Shown here: in pieces, positions 9,092 through 19,400 of the stretch
Position numbering within the stretch: position 1 is the first letter of the stretch
Layout of the letters: every line of letters starts with the position of its first letter
NCBI GenBank assembly: GCA_017451045.1
Contig: JAFSSK010000119.1
Location: 1-61,985 of the forward strand
Direction: 5' to 3'
DNA: 61,985 nucleotides
Source of the DNA: Clostridia bacterium
GTDB taxonomy: Bacteria; Bacillota; Clostridia; Oscillospirales; CAG-272
The notes under the pieces: model-generated
The model's database searches: none
What the model saw: only the letters and a program-made list of their open reading frames with translations
What the model was told of the DNA's origin: nothing
Program-made: the position numbers and the translations under genes

Positions 9092-9946
9092 ATGATTGAA
9101 AAACTGAACCAGGCCTGGACGGACTTTTATTCCAACGCCGGACTGACAATCACATACTGCATCCTGTTCTTCATTCTGGGCCTGATCTTCATCAAACTGC
9201 TGCAGTCGGGCATCCGGAAGGCTACCATCAAATCCAAAAGGCTGGACAACGCTGCGTCGACTTTTGTGACCTCGATCATTTCGATCCTGCTTTACATCGC
9301 CCTGCTGATCGCGCTGCTGGCCATCATGGGAGTCTCTACCGCCGGTATCATCGCCGCCTTCTCCGCATCCGCGCTGGCGATCGCCCTCGGCCTTCAGACG
9401 ATGCTGTCCAGTATCGCGAACGGGATCCTGATCATTTTCACGAAACCGTTCAAGCAGGGAGACTTCATTGAGATCGGCGGCATCTCAGGAACCGTCAAAA
9501 ACATCCGGCTTGTCAACATCACCCTGAACACTCCGGACAACAGGATCGTCATCGTTCCGAACAACACGGTGCTCACGGCCAACCTGATCAACTACTCCAC
9601 AATGCCGCTCCGCCGTCTCGATCTGATCGTGCCGATCCCCTACGACAGCGATATCGACCGTGTCAAGGACATCCTTTTGCAATCCGTTCAAAGAGAGACA
9701 AGGATCGTCAACACCCCGGCTCCTTTCTGCCGACTGACCAACTACGGGGCAAGTTCCCTGGATTTCACCATCAGGGTGTGGGTGGAAAACGCGGATTACT
9801 GGCCTGTCAAATTCGATTTGCTGGAAGCGATTTTCAAAGATCTCCGCGCAGCTGGGATCGAGATCCCGTTCAACCAGTTGGATGTTCATGTCATCAATCC
9901 GCAAACAGGCGCCGATTTTCCGGAGCAGGACGAGAAAGGAGAGTAA
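9092..9946 (+). CDS. Small-conductance mechanosensitive channel (MscS family)
   Basis: 284 aa with three N-terminal hydrophobic helices. Followed by PFKQGDFIEIGGISGTVKNIRLVNITLNTPDNRIVIVPNN, typical of the MscS beta domain. Confidence 0.88.
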   Translation: MIEKLNQAWTDFYSNAGLTITYCILFFILGLIFIKLLQSGIRKATIKSKRLDNAASTFVTSIISILLYIALLIALLAIMGVSTAGIIAAFSASALAIALGLQTMLSSIANGILIIFTKPFKQGDFIEIGGISGTVKNIRLVNITLNTPDNRIVIVPNNTVLTANLINYSTMPLRRLDLIVPIPYDSDIDRVKDILLQSVQRETRIVNTPAPFCRLTNYGASSLDFTIRVWVENADYWPVKFDLLEAIFKDLRAAGIEIPFNQLDVHVINPQTGADFPEQDEKGE

Positions 9947-9949
9947 CGC

Positions 9950-10516
9950 ATGATTCGTTTTCTGACTGATGTTGCTGACGCTGTCGAAACGACGGAAACC
10001 GTTGCGGAACCAGCGGCCGAGACCGTCAAAACGTTTTTCGGCATCCCGCTGACGTCTCCTTTCGACTTTGCCGTAGCCTATATCGTTTCGGGCGTCATCA
10101 TCCTGATCGGCATCATTATTCTGCTGATCCTTCGCAAAGACACCTCCCCGCCGACGTCCAATGCCGTCCGGGAAATGACGGAAAAACTGGACCGCAAGGT
10201 CAAGGCGATGACAGATATAGCCAACACCCGGACCGGGGCCAAACATTCTTCGCTCGTCAAGAAGTTCGTAAAAACACAGCTGGATCTCAACAAACTGGTG
10301 TATGCCGTCACGCTCATCATCGAAGACCAGCGGGACATCTCCTACGAAAACGTCCGTTCCTGCTACACCAATTCCATCGCCGTTCTGGACGCGCTTTCCT
10401 TCAATTCGGGTAAAGAAGGGCTTCTGAACGCACTGCACAGCGTGGACGGGCAGCTGCGTACCGCCGTCGGCCTGATCGACGATATCCAGAACCGCATCAG
10501 GAAATTCGGGAACTGA
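9950..10516 (+). CDS. Hypothetical single-pass membrane protein
   Basis: 188 aa. AAAGGAG RBS, one TM segment (AVAYIVSGVIILIGIIILLIL) and a helical C-terminal domain. No recognisable family. Confidence 0.65.
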   Translation: MIRFLTDVADAVETTETVAEPAAETVKTFFGIPLTSPFDFAVAYIVSGVIILIGIIILLILRKDTSPPTSNAVREMTEKLDRKVKAMTDIANTRTGAKHSSLVKKFVKTQLDLNKLVYAVTLIIEDQRDISYENVRSCYTNSIAVLDALSFNSGKEGLLNALHSVDGQLRTAVGLIDDIQNRIRKFGN

Positions 10517-10525
10517 GGGACGGCC

Positions 10526-11194
10526 ATGGCGTATACAAGAAGTTTTAAAAGCAGGATCTTTGGGAAAGTCCTGCGTCTGCTCCTGGTGCTGCTGATCCTT
10601 CTCGTAGTAGGGCTCCTGACGTGGCGCATGTGCCTGTCCGACGTTCTGCCTTCTTCTGTAAGGCATCTTTATCCTGACAGCGCGCTCAAGGCCGCTTACA
10701 GCGCGTCCGACGGGAATCTGGCTGTCTATTACCAGGATTATGCGAATATGACCTACAACGATGCGGCCTACGGCTATTTCACCGTGATGTCCGCCCTGTT
10801 CATCCCTGAAGCACAGCAGCTGCAGATCGTCATCCGCTATAACGTCAGCACCCTGAAGGCCATAGCAAAGGATTTCGATCTGGAGACCGTGCCGGACAGG
10901 AATCAGGACGTTATCGACGTCACCGTTGTCAAGACTGCCCGGGAAGGGGACAACGTCCGTTATCTTCCGGACAAGACCGTTTACGGCTCCAACACGCTTT
11001 ACAATTACGAACGACTGGTCTTCAACGGGATCACGACAGACGACATGACCATCGGCGTCTTCGTTGATTTCTACTACACGGAAATGCTCGACTACGACGA
11101 ATCTCCGCTCGGCGCCGTGCTGATTTACGACACTGACGCGGAAACACTGTCCTACCGGCTGACCGCTTCCGACAGACGGGCTCTCCAGCCCTGA
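10526..11194 (+). CDS. Hypothetical membrane-anchored protein
   Basis: 222 aa with an N-terminal anchor (VLRLLLVLLILLVVGLLTW) and a beta-rich extracytoplasmic part. No recognisable family. Confidence 0.65.
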   Translation: MAYTRSFKSRIFGKVLRLLLVLLILLVVGLLTWRMCLSDVLPSSVRHLYPDSALKAAYSASDGNLAVYYQDYANMTYNDAAYGYFTVMSALFIPEAQQLQIVIRYNVSTLKAIAKDFDLETVPDRNQDVIDVTVVKTAREGDNVRYLPDKTVYGSNTLYNYERLVFNGITTDDMTIGVFVDFYYTEMLDYDESPLGAVLIYDTDAETLSYRLTASDRRALQP

Positions 11195-11219
11195 CCCCTC
11201 ACATCCGGCGAAAATCGCT

Positions 11220-11248
11220 GACCGCTCCTGACCGGGCGGTCTTTTTTT
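11220..11248 (+). terminator. Rho-independent terminator upstream of dnaA
   Basis: GACCGC(T)CC...GG(G)CGGTC hairpin followed by T7 (11242-11248). Confidence 0.75.
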
Positions 11249-11356
11249 CGTTTTTCACAGGCTAAATTGTTAATTTTTTGTAAACTTTTCTTTCAGTTAC
11301 CTTTTATATTAATAAATATGATATAATAAATAAAATATTATTATTAGGAGAACAAC

Positions 11357-12712
11357 ATGTCAAGCGCAGAAGAAATGAATGGTATCTGGCAACTGGTCAA
11401 AGACGCATTCAAACCGCAGATGGAAAACACTACGTTTGATCTGTGGTTCAAAGACTTGAAAGTTGCCGACTACGATATGGACAACTCGATCGTCACGCTG
11501 TCGACGGATTCCGAATTCAAACACCGCGTGATCCAGGACCGCTTCCTGCCTCAGATCGAGGAAAGATTTTCTTCTATTCTGGGCTTCAAGGTCAAAGTCG
11601 TCGTCGTATACGTCCTGCCGGACAAAGATACCGAACAGACGCCGGACAGCCAGGTCCCCGGCAGCGTGGATACGCTTGCAACACCGTCCTCGCTTCAGGA
11701 TTTCAATTTCAAATACACTTTCGAAAACTTTATCGTCGGTGAATCGAACAACTTTGCCCACGCCGCCTGCATGGCGGTCGCAAACACGCCGGCCGAGCGG
11801 TACAATCCGCTGTTCATATACGGCCCGTCGGGGCTTGGCAAGACGCATCTTCTCCGTTCTATCATCAATGAGGTCAAGAAGAAAAAACCGAAAACGAAAA
11901 TCGTATACGTCAACGGCGAAGATTTCACCAACGAGCTGATCGAATCCATTTCCAAACAGTCCTCCAAGGAATTCAAAAACAAATACCGCAGCTGCGATAT
12001 CCTGATGATCGACGATATCCAGTTCATTGCCGGAAAGCCGTCCACTCAGGAGGAGTTCTTCCATACGTTCAATACGCTTTTTGAAAACCATAAACAGATC
12101 GTTCTGACGTCAGACCGTCCGCCGAAAGACATTCAGCCGCTTGAAAACCGGCTGCTGACACGTTTCGAGTGGGGGCTGATTGCAGACATTCAGCCGCCGA
12201 ATCTGGAACTAAGAATCGCCATCATCAAGAAAAAAGCGGAACAGGTCAACGTCAACGTTCCGAACGACGTTCTGATGTTTCTGGCCGAAAACCTTCGCTC
12301 AAATATCAGACAGATCGAAGGATCCATCATCAAACTTGCAGCGCTGAGTCTTGTCACGGGAACGCCGATCAATTTGCAGATGGCTGAAAAATGCATCAAC
12401 GAACTGCTCGGCGGTCAGGAATCCGTTGAAACGACGATTTCAAAAATATTCAAGGCTACTGAAGCAAGGTACGGTTTTTCAAGAGAAGAACTGTGCGGGA
12501 AAGACCAGACGAGAAATATCGCCGCCGCGCGCCACGTTGTAATCTACCTGATCCGTAAAATCACGGATATGTCGTTCCCGAGCATCGGAAAGATCTTCTC
12601 AAAAGACCATACGACCATCATGTCCGCCATCAAAAACGTGGAGCGCAAGATCCTCAATGATCCGGCTTATGCAAAGCAACTGGAAGAGATCGAAGACGAC
12701 GTAAAAAAATAA
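11357..12712 (+). CDS. dnaA: Chromosomal replication initiator protein DnaA
   Basis: 451 aa with the Walker A GPSGLGKTHL, IDDIQF, and C-terminal DNA-binding domain ...ARHVVIYLIRKITDMSFPSIGKIFSKDHTTIMSAIK. AGGAG RBS. Confidence 0.98.
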   Translation: MSSAEEMNGIWQLVKDAFKPQMENTTFDLWFKDLKVADYDMDNSIVTLSTDSEFKHRVIQDRFLPQIEERFSSILGFKVKVVVVYVLPDKDTEQTPDSQVPGSVDTLATPSSLQDFNFKYTFENFIVGESNNFAHAACMAVANTPAERYNPLFIYGPSGLGKTHLLRSIINEVKKKKPKTKIVYVNGEDFTNELIESISKQSSKEFKNKYRSCDILMIDDIQFIAGKPSTQEEFFHTFNTLFENHKQIVLTSDRPPKDIQPLENRLLTRFEWGLIADIQPPNLELRIAIIKKKAEQVNVNVPNDVLMFLAENLRSNIRQIEGSIIKLAALSLVTGTPINLQMAEKCINELLGGQESVETTISKIFKATEARYGFSREELCGKDQTRNIAAARHVVIYLIRKITDMSFPSIGKIFSKDHTTIMSAIKNVERKILNDPAYAKQLEEIEDDVKK

Positions 12713-13137
12713 AAAATCACACCTGTGGAAAAAGCTGTGGATTTTTGTGTTCATTCCTGTTTCAATAAGCCCCAGTTTTTGCGCAGAAACAGTAATCTGC
12801 ACATATAAAAACCATCTGCTTTTTTCAACCAAATCCTGTTGATTCTTTTTTGATTTTCGCATGCAAAATTTCATTTCACATCTTCAACATGTAGATCTTC
12901 TGTGAAAATGAGCATGCAAACGCATTGCTTAGAATCTCTTCCGGCTCACAGCCTTTCATTTCAGGTTTTTTGTTTCTTTTATCGGATGGCATATTCTTTA
13001 GTCCGTCTGACCGTCCACATCAAAAGGTTTTATTTTTAAAACTCCATCAGTGTTTATCCCGCTTGTTGTAAACTGATATTTCACAGTTTCCACAGCCCCT
13101 ACTGCTACTGTTAAAAATTTAAGGTATATATTTATGT
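12713..13137. promoter_or_regulatory. Candidate oriC segment (dnaA-dnaN spacer with DnaA-box-like 9-mers and AT-rich tracts)
   Basis: A 425-bp non-coding, AT-rich spacer. Box-like 9-mers relative to TTATCCACA: TGTGGAAAA at 12724-12732 (1 mismatch on the reverse strand), TGTGGATTT at 12736-12744 (2), TTATCCCGC at 13054-13062 (2), GTTTCCACA at 13086-13094 (2). AT tracts lie at 13028-13043 and 13111-13135. Confidence 0.5.
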
Positions 13138-13152
13138 ATGAAGGAGAGCGCC

Positions 13153-14295
13153 ATGAAAATTATTTTCAACCGCCAACAGATGATTGCCGCCATTACCCCT
13201 TTGATGAACTGTGTATCCAGCAAATCAACCGTTGCTGCTACCGAAGGAATCCTGATTGATGCAAAAGAAGACGGTATTTGCAACCTGACGACATACGATC
13301 TTGAAAAAGGTATGAAGTCTGCTGTAAACGTCGAAGTTGCAGAAGCGGGAGCTGCCGTGATCAACGCCAACAAACTCAACCAGACGCTGCGTGTGATGGA
13401 TGATGATGACGTTGAGCTGACCGTCGATGAAAAACTGAGCGTTACCATCCTTTGCGGATCTTCTCAGTACAAAATGAATGCGATCGACGCGGACGCTTTT
13501 CCGGCTATCCCGGATCTTGCAGAGGACAAAGGATTTGAGATCGGTCAGAGCGTTTTGAAGGATATGCTGAATCATGTATCTTTCGCAATGGCTGAAAACG
13601 CGCTGCGCCAGGAACTGAACGGATGCTTCTTCAAAATCGACAGCAACCGGATCACGCTCGTTGCTTGCGACAGTTTCAAACTGGCTAAATATGCGCTTGA
13701 AACGGAAGTGGAAAGAAAAGCGGAGAGCAATACGCCTCTTGAATTTTCTTTCATTATTCCGACAAGGACCGTCAACGATCTTTGCAGGATCCTTTCCGAT
13801 GACGAAGAAGAAAAAGTGCTTATCACACTGAACAAGAAAAACATCCTGTTCCAGACGGAAACGCTTTTGTTCTTCTCCAGACTTGTCGACGTTGACTTTA
13901 TCAATTACGACAGGATCATCATCAAGGAACACAGGATCAAACTGACGCTGGAAAAGGAAAGATTTATCTCCGCCCTTGAAAGAGCCGCGCTTATCACCGA
14001 TGAAAGGATTGCCGGCGCGGTCAAATCGTCCGTCAAGCTCGAGGCAGACAGCGGGCTTTTGAAAATCTCTGCAAACTCCGCACTCGGCAGCACCTATGAG
14101 GAGATGAACATCGAGCAGAGCGGTGAGGCCATCACGATTGCGTTCAACAACAGATATCTGATTGAAACAGTAAAGGCCTGCGACGGCGATCAGATCGTTC
14201 TTTCGATGTCTACGCCGCTCGTCAGCATCAATGTCGAGCCGACTGACGGCAGAGATGAGATCTTCATGCTGCTTCCCGTGCGCATGAAAGACTGA
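13153..14295 (+). CDS. dnaN: DNA polymerase III beta sliding clamp
   Basis: 380 aa starting at MKIIFNRQQ (ATG 13153, preceded by AAGGAGAG). The three-domain clamp pattern ends ...MLLPVRMKD. The track ORF starts 5 codons earlier. Confidence 0.95.
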   Translation: MKIIFNRQQMIAAITPLMNCVSSKSTVAATEGILIDAKEDGICNLTTYDLEKGMKSAVNVEVAEAGAAVINANKLNQTLRVMDDDDVELTVDEKLSVTILCGSSQYKMNAIDADAFPAIPDLAEDKGFEIGQSVLKDMLNHVSFAMAENALRQELNGCFFKIDSNRITLVACDSFKLAKYALETEVERKAESNTPLEFSFIIPTRTVNDLCRILSDDEEEKVLITLNKKNILFQTETLLFFSRLVDVDFINYDRIIIKEHRIKLTLEKERFISALERAALITDERIAGAVKSSVKLEADSGLLKISANSALGSTYEEMNIEQSGEAITIAFNNRYLIETVKACDGDQIVLSMSTPLVSINVEPTDGRDEIFMLLPVRMKD

Positions 14296-14298
14296 TCT

Positions 14299-15423
14299 AT
14301 GTTCTGCAAGAGTCTGACACTCATCAATTTCAGAAATATCAGCGAAGAAACAGTAACTTTTACGAACGGTACCAACGTTCTCCTGGGGATGAACGCGCAG
14401 GGAAAGACGAACCTGCTCGAGGCCATTTGCTTCTTTGCTTTAGGAAAATCGTTCAAACCGATCAAAGACAAGGATGCCATCATGTTTGACAAGGAAGAGG
14501 CAAATCTGTCGATGATATTTGAAGATTCCATCCGCGAGCAGAAACTGGACATGCGCATTTCGCGCATCCGGAAAAAGTGCATTTTTCAAAACGGTCTGCT
14601 CATTCCCAGAACGTCGGAACTGATCGGTATTTTCAGAGCCGTTCTGTTTTGCCCGGAACATCTGTCTCTTGTTCAGGATGGACCGTCGTGCAGACGGGAT
14701 TTCCTGGATATGGCGATCTCTCAGATAAGGCCTGTCTACCTTTCCTCCCTGATCAGGTATCAGCATATTCTCAAAGAAAGAAACAGGCTGATCAAGGATG
14801 TCGAAGACAGGGAAGACGGAAAAAAGATTTTTGACGATACGGTAGGGCTCTGGTCCGCACAGCTGGCAAAAGAAGCAGCCAGGATTGCGAAGATGAGACT
14901 GAAATACACGAAGATCGTCAGCGAGAACGTCGCGTTATGCTTTCAGGATATGACTGGCAGCGCGGAAAAACCGGATCTTCACTACGTGGGATCCGCTCAT
15001 CTGGAAGAAGACGAATACGAGGATGAGGAAAAAGTTGAAAAAGCGTATCTGAAGCTGTTCAACGAGAACCACGAAAAAGAGATAAGAGCCGGAGCGACGC
15101 TTTGGGGGATCCACAAGGACGATATCGAGATCCGCCTTAACGGAAAAGAAGCCCGTTTCTATGCGTCTCAGGGTCAGCAGCGGTCTTTGGCCCTGGCCAT
15201 GAAAATGGCGGAGGGAGAGATCTGTAGGAAAGACTGCGGGGAATATCCCGTTTTCCTGTTCGACGACGTCCTTTCGGAACTTGACAGCAAAAGACGGGAG
15301 TATCTCATCCGGGAAATGAAGGAAAAACAGGTGATCATGACAACGTGCGAGGATCTGTCCGAGCAGGACGCGCATATCATCCACGTGAACCAGGGGCATT
15401 TTTTTGAGAATAACCCGGTTTGA
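14299..15423 (+). CDS. recF: DNA replication/repair protein RecF
   Basis: 374 aa with the Walker A GMNAQGKTNLLEA, the signature SQGQQRSLALAMKMAE, and Walker B VFLFDDVLSELD. Confidence 0.95.
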   Translation: MFCKSLTLINFRNISEETVTFTNGTNVLLGMNAQGKTNLLEAICFFALGKSFKPIKDKDAIMFDKEEANLSMIFEDSIREQKLDMRISRIRKKCIFQNGLLIPRTSELIGIFRAVLFCPEHLSLVQDGPSCRRDFLDMAISQIRPVYLSSLIRYQHILKERNRLIKDVEDREDGKKIFDDTVGLWSAQLAKEAARIAKMRLKYTKIVSENVALCFQDMTGSAEKPDLHYVGSAHLEEDEYEDEEKVEKAYLKLFNENHEKEIRAGATLWGIHKDDIEIRLNGKEARFYASQGQQRSLALAMKMAEGEICRKDCGEYPVFLFDDVLSELDSKRREYLIREMKEKQVIMTTCEDLSEQDAHIIHVNQGHFFENNPV

Positions 15424-15433
15424 AGAAAAGAAA

Positions 15434-15730
15434 ATGTATTTACACGTCGGTAACGATAAACTGATCAAAAAGAAAAACATCATCGGCATATTCGACCTGG
15501 ACACGGCGACCGTAAGCCCTGTCACCAGGGAGTTTCTGAAAAAGTCGCAGCACGACGGGTCCGTCGAAAGCGCGATAGACGAACTGCCGAAATCATTCAT
15601 CCTGTACGTTGACACAGCTGCGGGAAACTGCAGGGTGTGCACATCGCAGATCTCATCTGGCATCCTTGCGGGGCGCGCCAGAAGCGGCTGGTGGCAGGAC
15701 AGCGAAACAAAACGCCAGGAAAATGTATGA
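15434..15730 (+). CDS. remB: DUF370 protein (RemB/YaaB-like)
   Basis: 98 aa starting at MYLHVGNDKLIKKKNIIGIFDLD..., like B. subtilis YaaB/RemB. It sits in the conserved position between recF and gyrB. Confidence 0.8.
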   Translation: MYLHVGNDKLIKKKNIIGIFDLDTATVSPVTREFLKKSQHDGSVESAIDELPKSFILYVDTAAGNCRVCTSQISSGILAGRARSGWWQDSETKRQENV

Positions 15731-17881
<2,151 letters not shown>

Positions 17882-17917
17882 CCGGGATACCGAGAAAGAC
17901 AGCGGAAGGAGGGTGCT

Positions 17918-18766
17918 ATGCAGTTCAAGGATTACAAATTTCATTTCATCCTCCTAGCGGTCGCCCTTGTTCTCTGCATCGTCGTTTCCGTCCTGTCCCT
18001 CAGCGGTAGAAGCTCGATGATCGGCAATGCCGTCGGGACCGTGATGACGCCGGTGAGATGGCTGGTTACGAAAGCGGGGGACGGTCTTTCCGGCATAACG
18101 GGTTATTTTGGCAGCAACAAGGCGCTGAACAGCGAGAACGAGCAGCTGAAGGAAGAAAACGAACGGCTACAGTTGGAACTGGAAAAGGCGCGGATCCTCC
18201 AGGAAGAGAACGAAAGGCTCCGGAACTATCTGGGGCTGCAGGACAGCCTCGGGGAGTACAGATTCTGCGAGGCGCAGATCATCGGGTATGAGGCCGGCAA
18301 TTACAAGGCCGTCATCGTGCTGAACAAAGGGACGTCGGACGGGATCCGGAAAAACATGGCCGTGATCACGGAAACAGGTCTTGTCGGACGTGTCTCGGAC
18401 GTTGGGCTGAAATGGGCAAAGATCTCGACGGTCCTGTCGACAGACGCGTCCGTCGGCATCTATGACGCCCGCTCAGGCGCCGTCGGCGTGATCGAAGGGG
18501 ATCTGAACCTGAAATACGGCGGACAGTGCGTCGTCAGGTATCTGCGGGCAGATGATGATATAACGATCGGGGATCTGATCCTGACCAGCGGCGCCGGGTC
18601 CGTTTTCCCGGCGGATCTGGCCGTCGGGCATGTGACGGAGATCGGCTGGGACAATCTTACCAAAACAAGATATGCCGTCATAGAACCGGTAGTCGATCTG
18701 TCCGTCCCGGGCAGCGTTAATAAAGTGATGGTCCTGATCCCGCAGACCGGGGGTGACGGAACATGA
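17918..18766 (+). CDS. mreC: Rod shape-determining protein MreC
   Basis: 282 aa with an N-terminal TM, a coiled coil (ENEQLKEENERLQLELEKARILQEENERLRN), and beta domains with GLVGRV and TSGAGSVFPADLAVGHV. Confidence 0.88.
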   Translation: MQFKDYKFHFILLAVALVLCIVVSVLSLSGRSSMIGNAVGTVMTPVRWLVTKAGDGLSGITGYFGSNKALNSENEQLKEENERLQLELEKARILQEENERLRNYLGLQDSLGEYRFCEAQIIGYEAGNYKAVIVLNKGTSDGIRKNMAVITETGLVGRVSDVGLKWAKISTVLSTDASVGIYDARSGAVGVIEGDLNLKYGGQCVVRYLRADDDITIGDLILTSGAGSVFPADLAVGHVTEIGWDNLTKTRYAVIEPVVDLSVPGSVNKVMVLIPQTGGDGT

Positions 18767-19323
18767 TCAGAAACAACCGACAGAACCCGTATGGATCGGT
18801 AGACAGGACAAGGACAGGGTGGAGAAGGATAGTCAACTACCTGATCGGCCTGCTGGTCACGGTCCTTGCGGCGGCAATCCAGACTTCGTTCAACCCGCGT
18901 TTCCCGTTTTTCGGCGTCACGACCGATTTCCTTCTGGCGCTTTGTCTGGCCGTGGCCTATTTCGGGAACGACCGGCAGGGGATGCTTTTAGGGATCATGG
19001 CTGGATTCCTTGCAGACGTCCTGAGCGGAGCAGGCATTTCGCTTTTGGCACTGTTCTATCCGCTCGTCGCAGCCTTTTTCGGAAGCGGAAAAGAGGACAA
19101 ACAGGCGCAGAAACGGATCGTCCCGCTGATGAAATACGCAACGATCGCCTGCGGAGCCAGAGTGATCCTTACGATGTTTCTGCACATCGTACAGAAACAG
19201 TTTTCGTTCATGCACACAGTTGTCCGCACGATGATACCGGAAATGATCGGGACATGGCTTTTGTGCCTTGTCACGGCGCTGGTGTTCATAGGGTGCAGAG
19301 CAATTTATGACAGAGTAGTCTGA
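18763..19323 (+). CDS. mreD: Rod shape-determining protein MreD-like membrane protein
   Basis: 186 aa, polytopic. The start overlaps the mreC stop (ATGA). The position and hydrophobic pattern (GMLLGIMAGFLADVLSG) fit MreD. Confidence 0.6.
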   Translation: MIRNNRQNPYGSVDRTRTGWRRIVNYLIGLLVTVLAAAIQTSFNPRFPFFGVTTDFLLALCLAVAYFGNDRQGMLLGIMAGFLADVLSGAGISLLALFYPLVAAFFGSGKEDKQAQKRIVPLMKYATIACGARVILTMFLHIVQKQFSFMHTVVRTMIPEMIGTWLLCLVTALVFIGCRAIYDRVV

Positions 19324-19400
19324 CGCATCAGTCAGGTACAAATACACATCCGCGGAAAATACGCGGATGAAAGGCGATAACTATTTACGGAGAAGAAACT

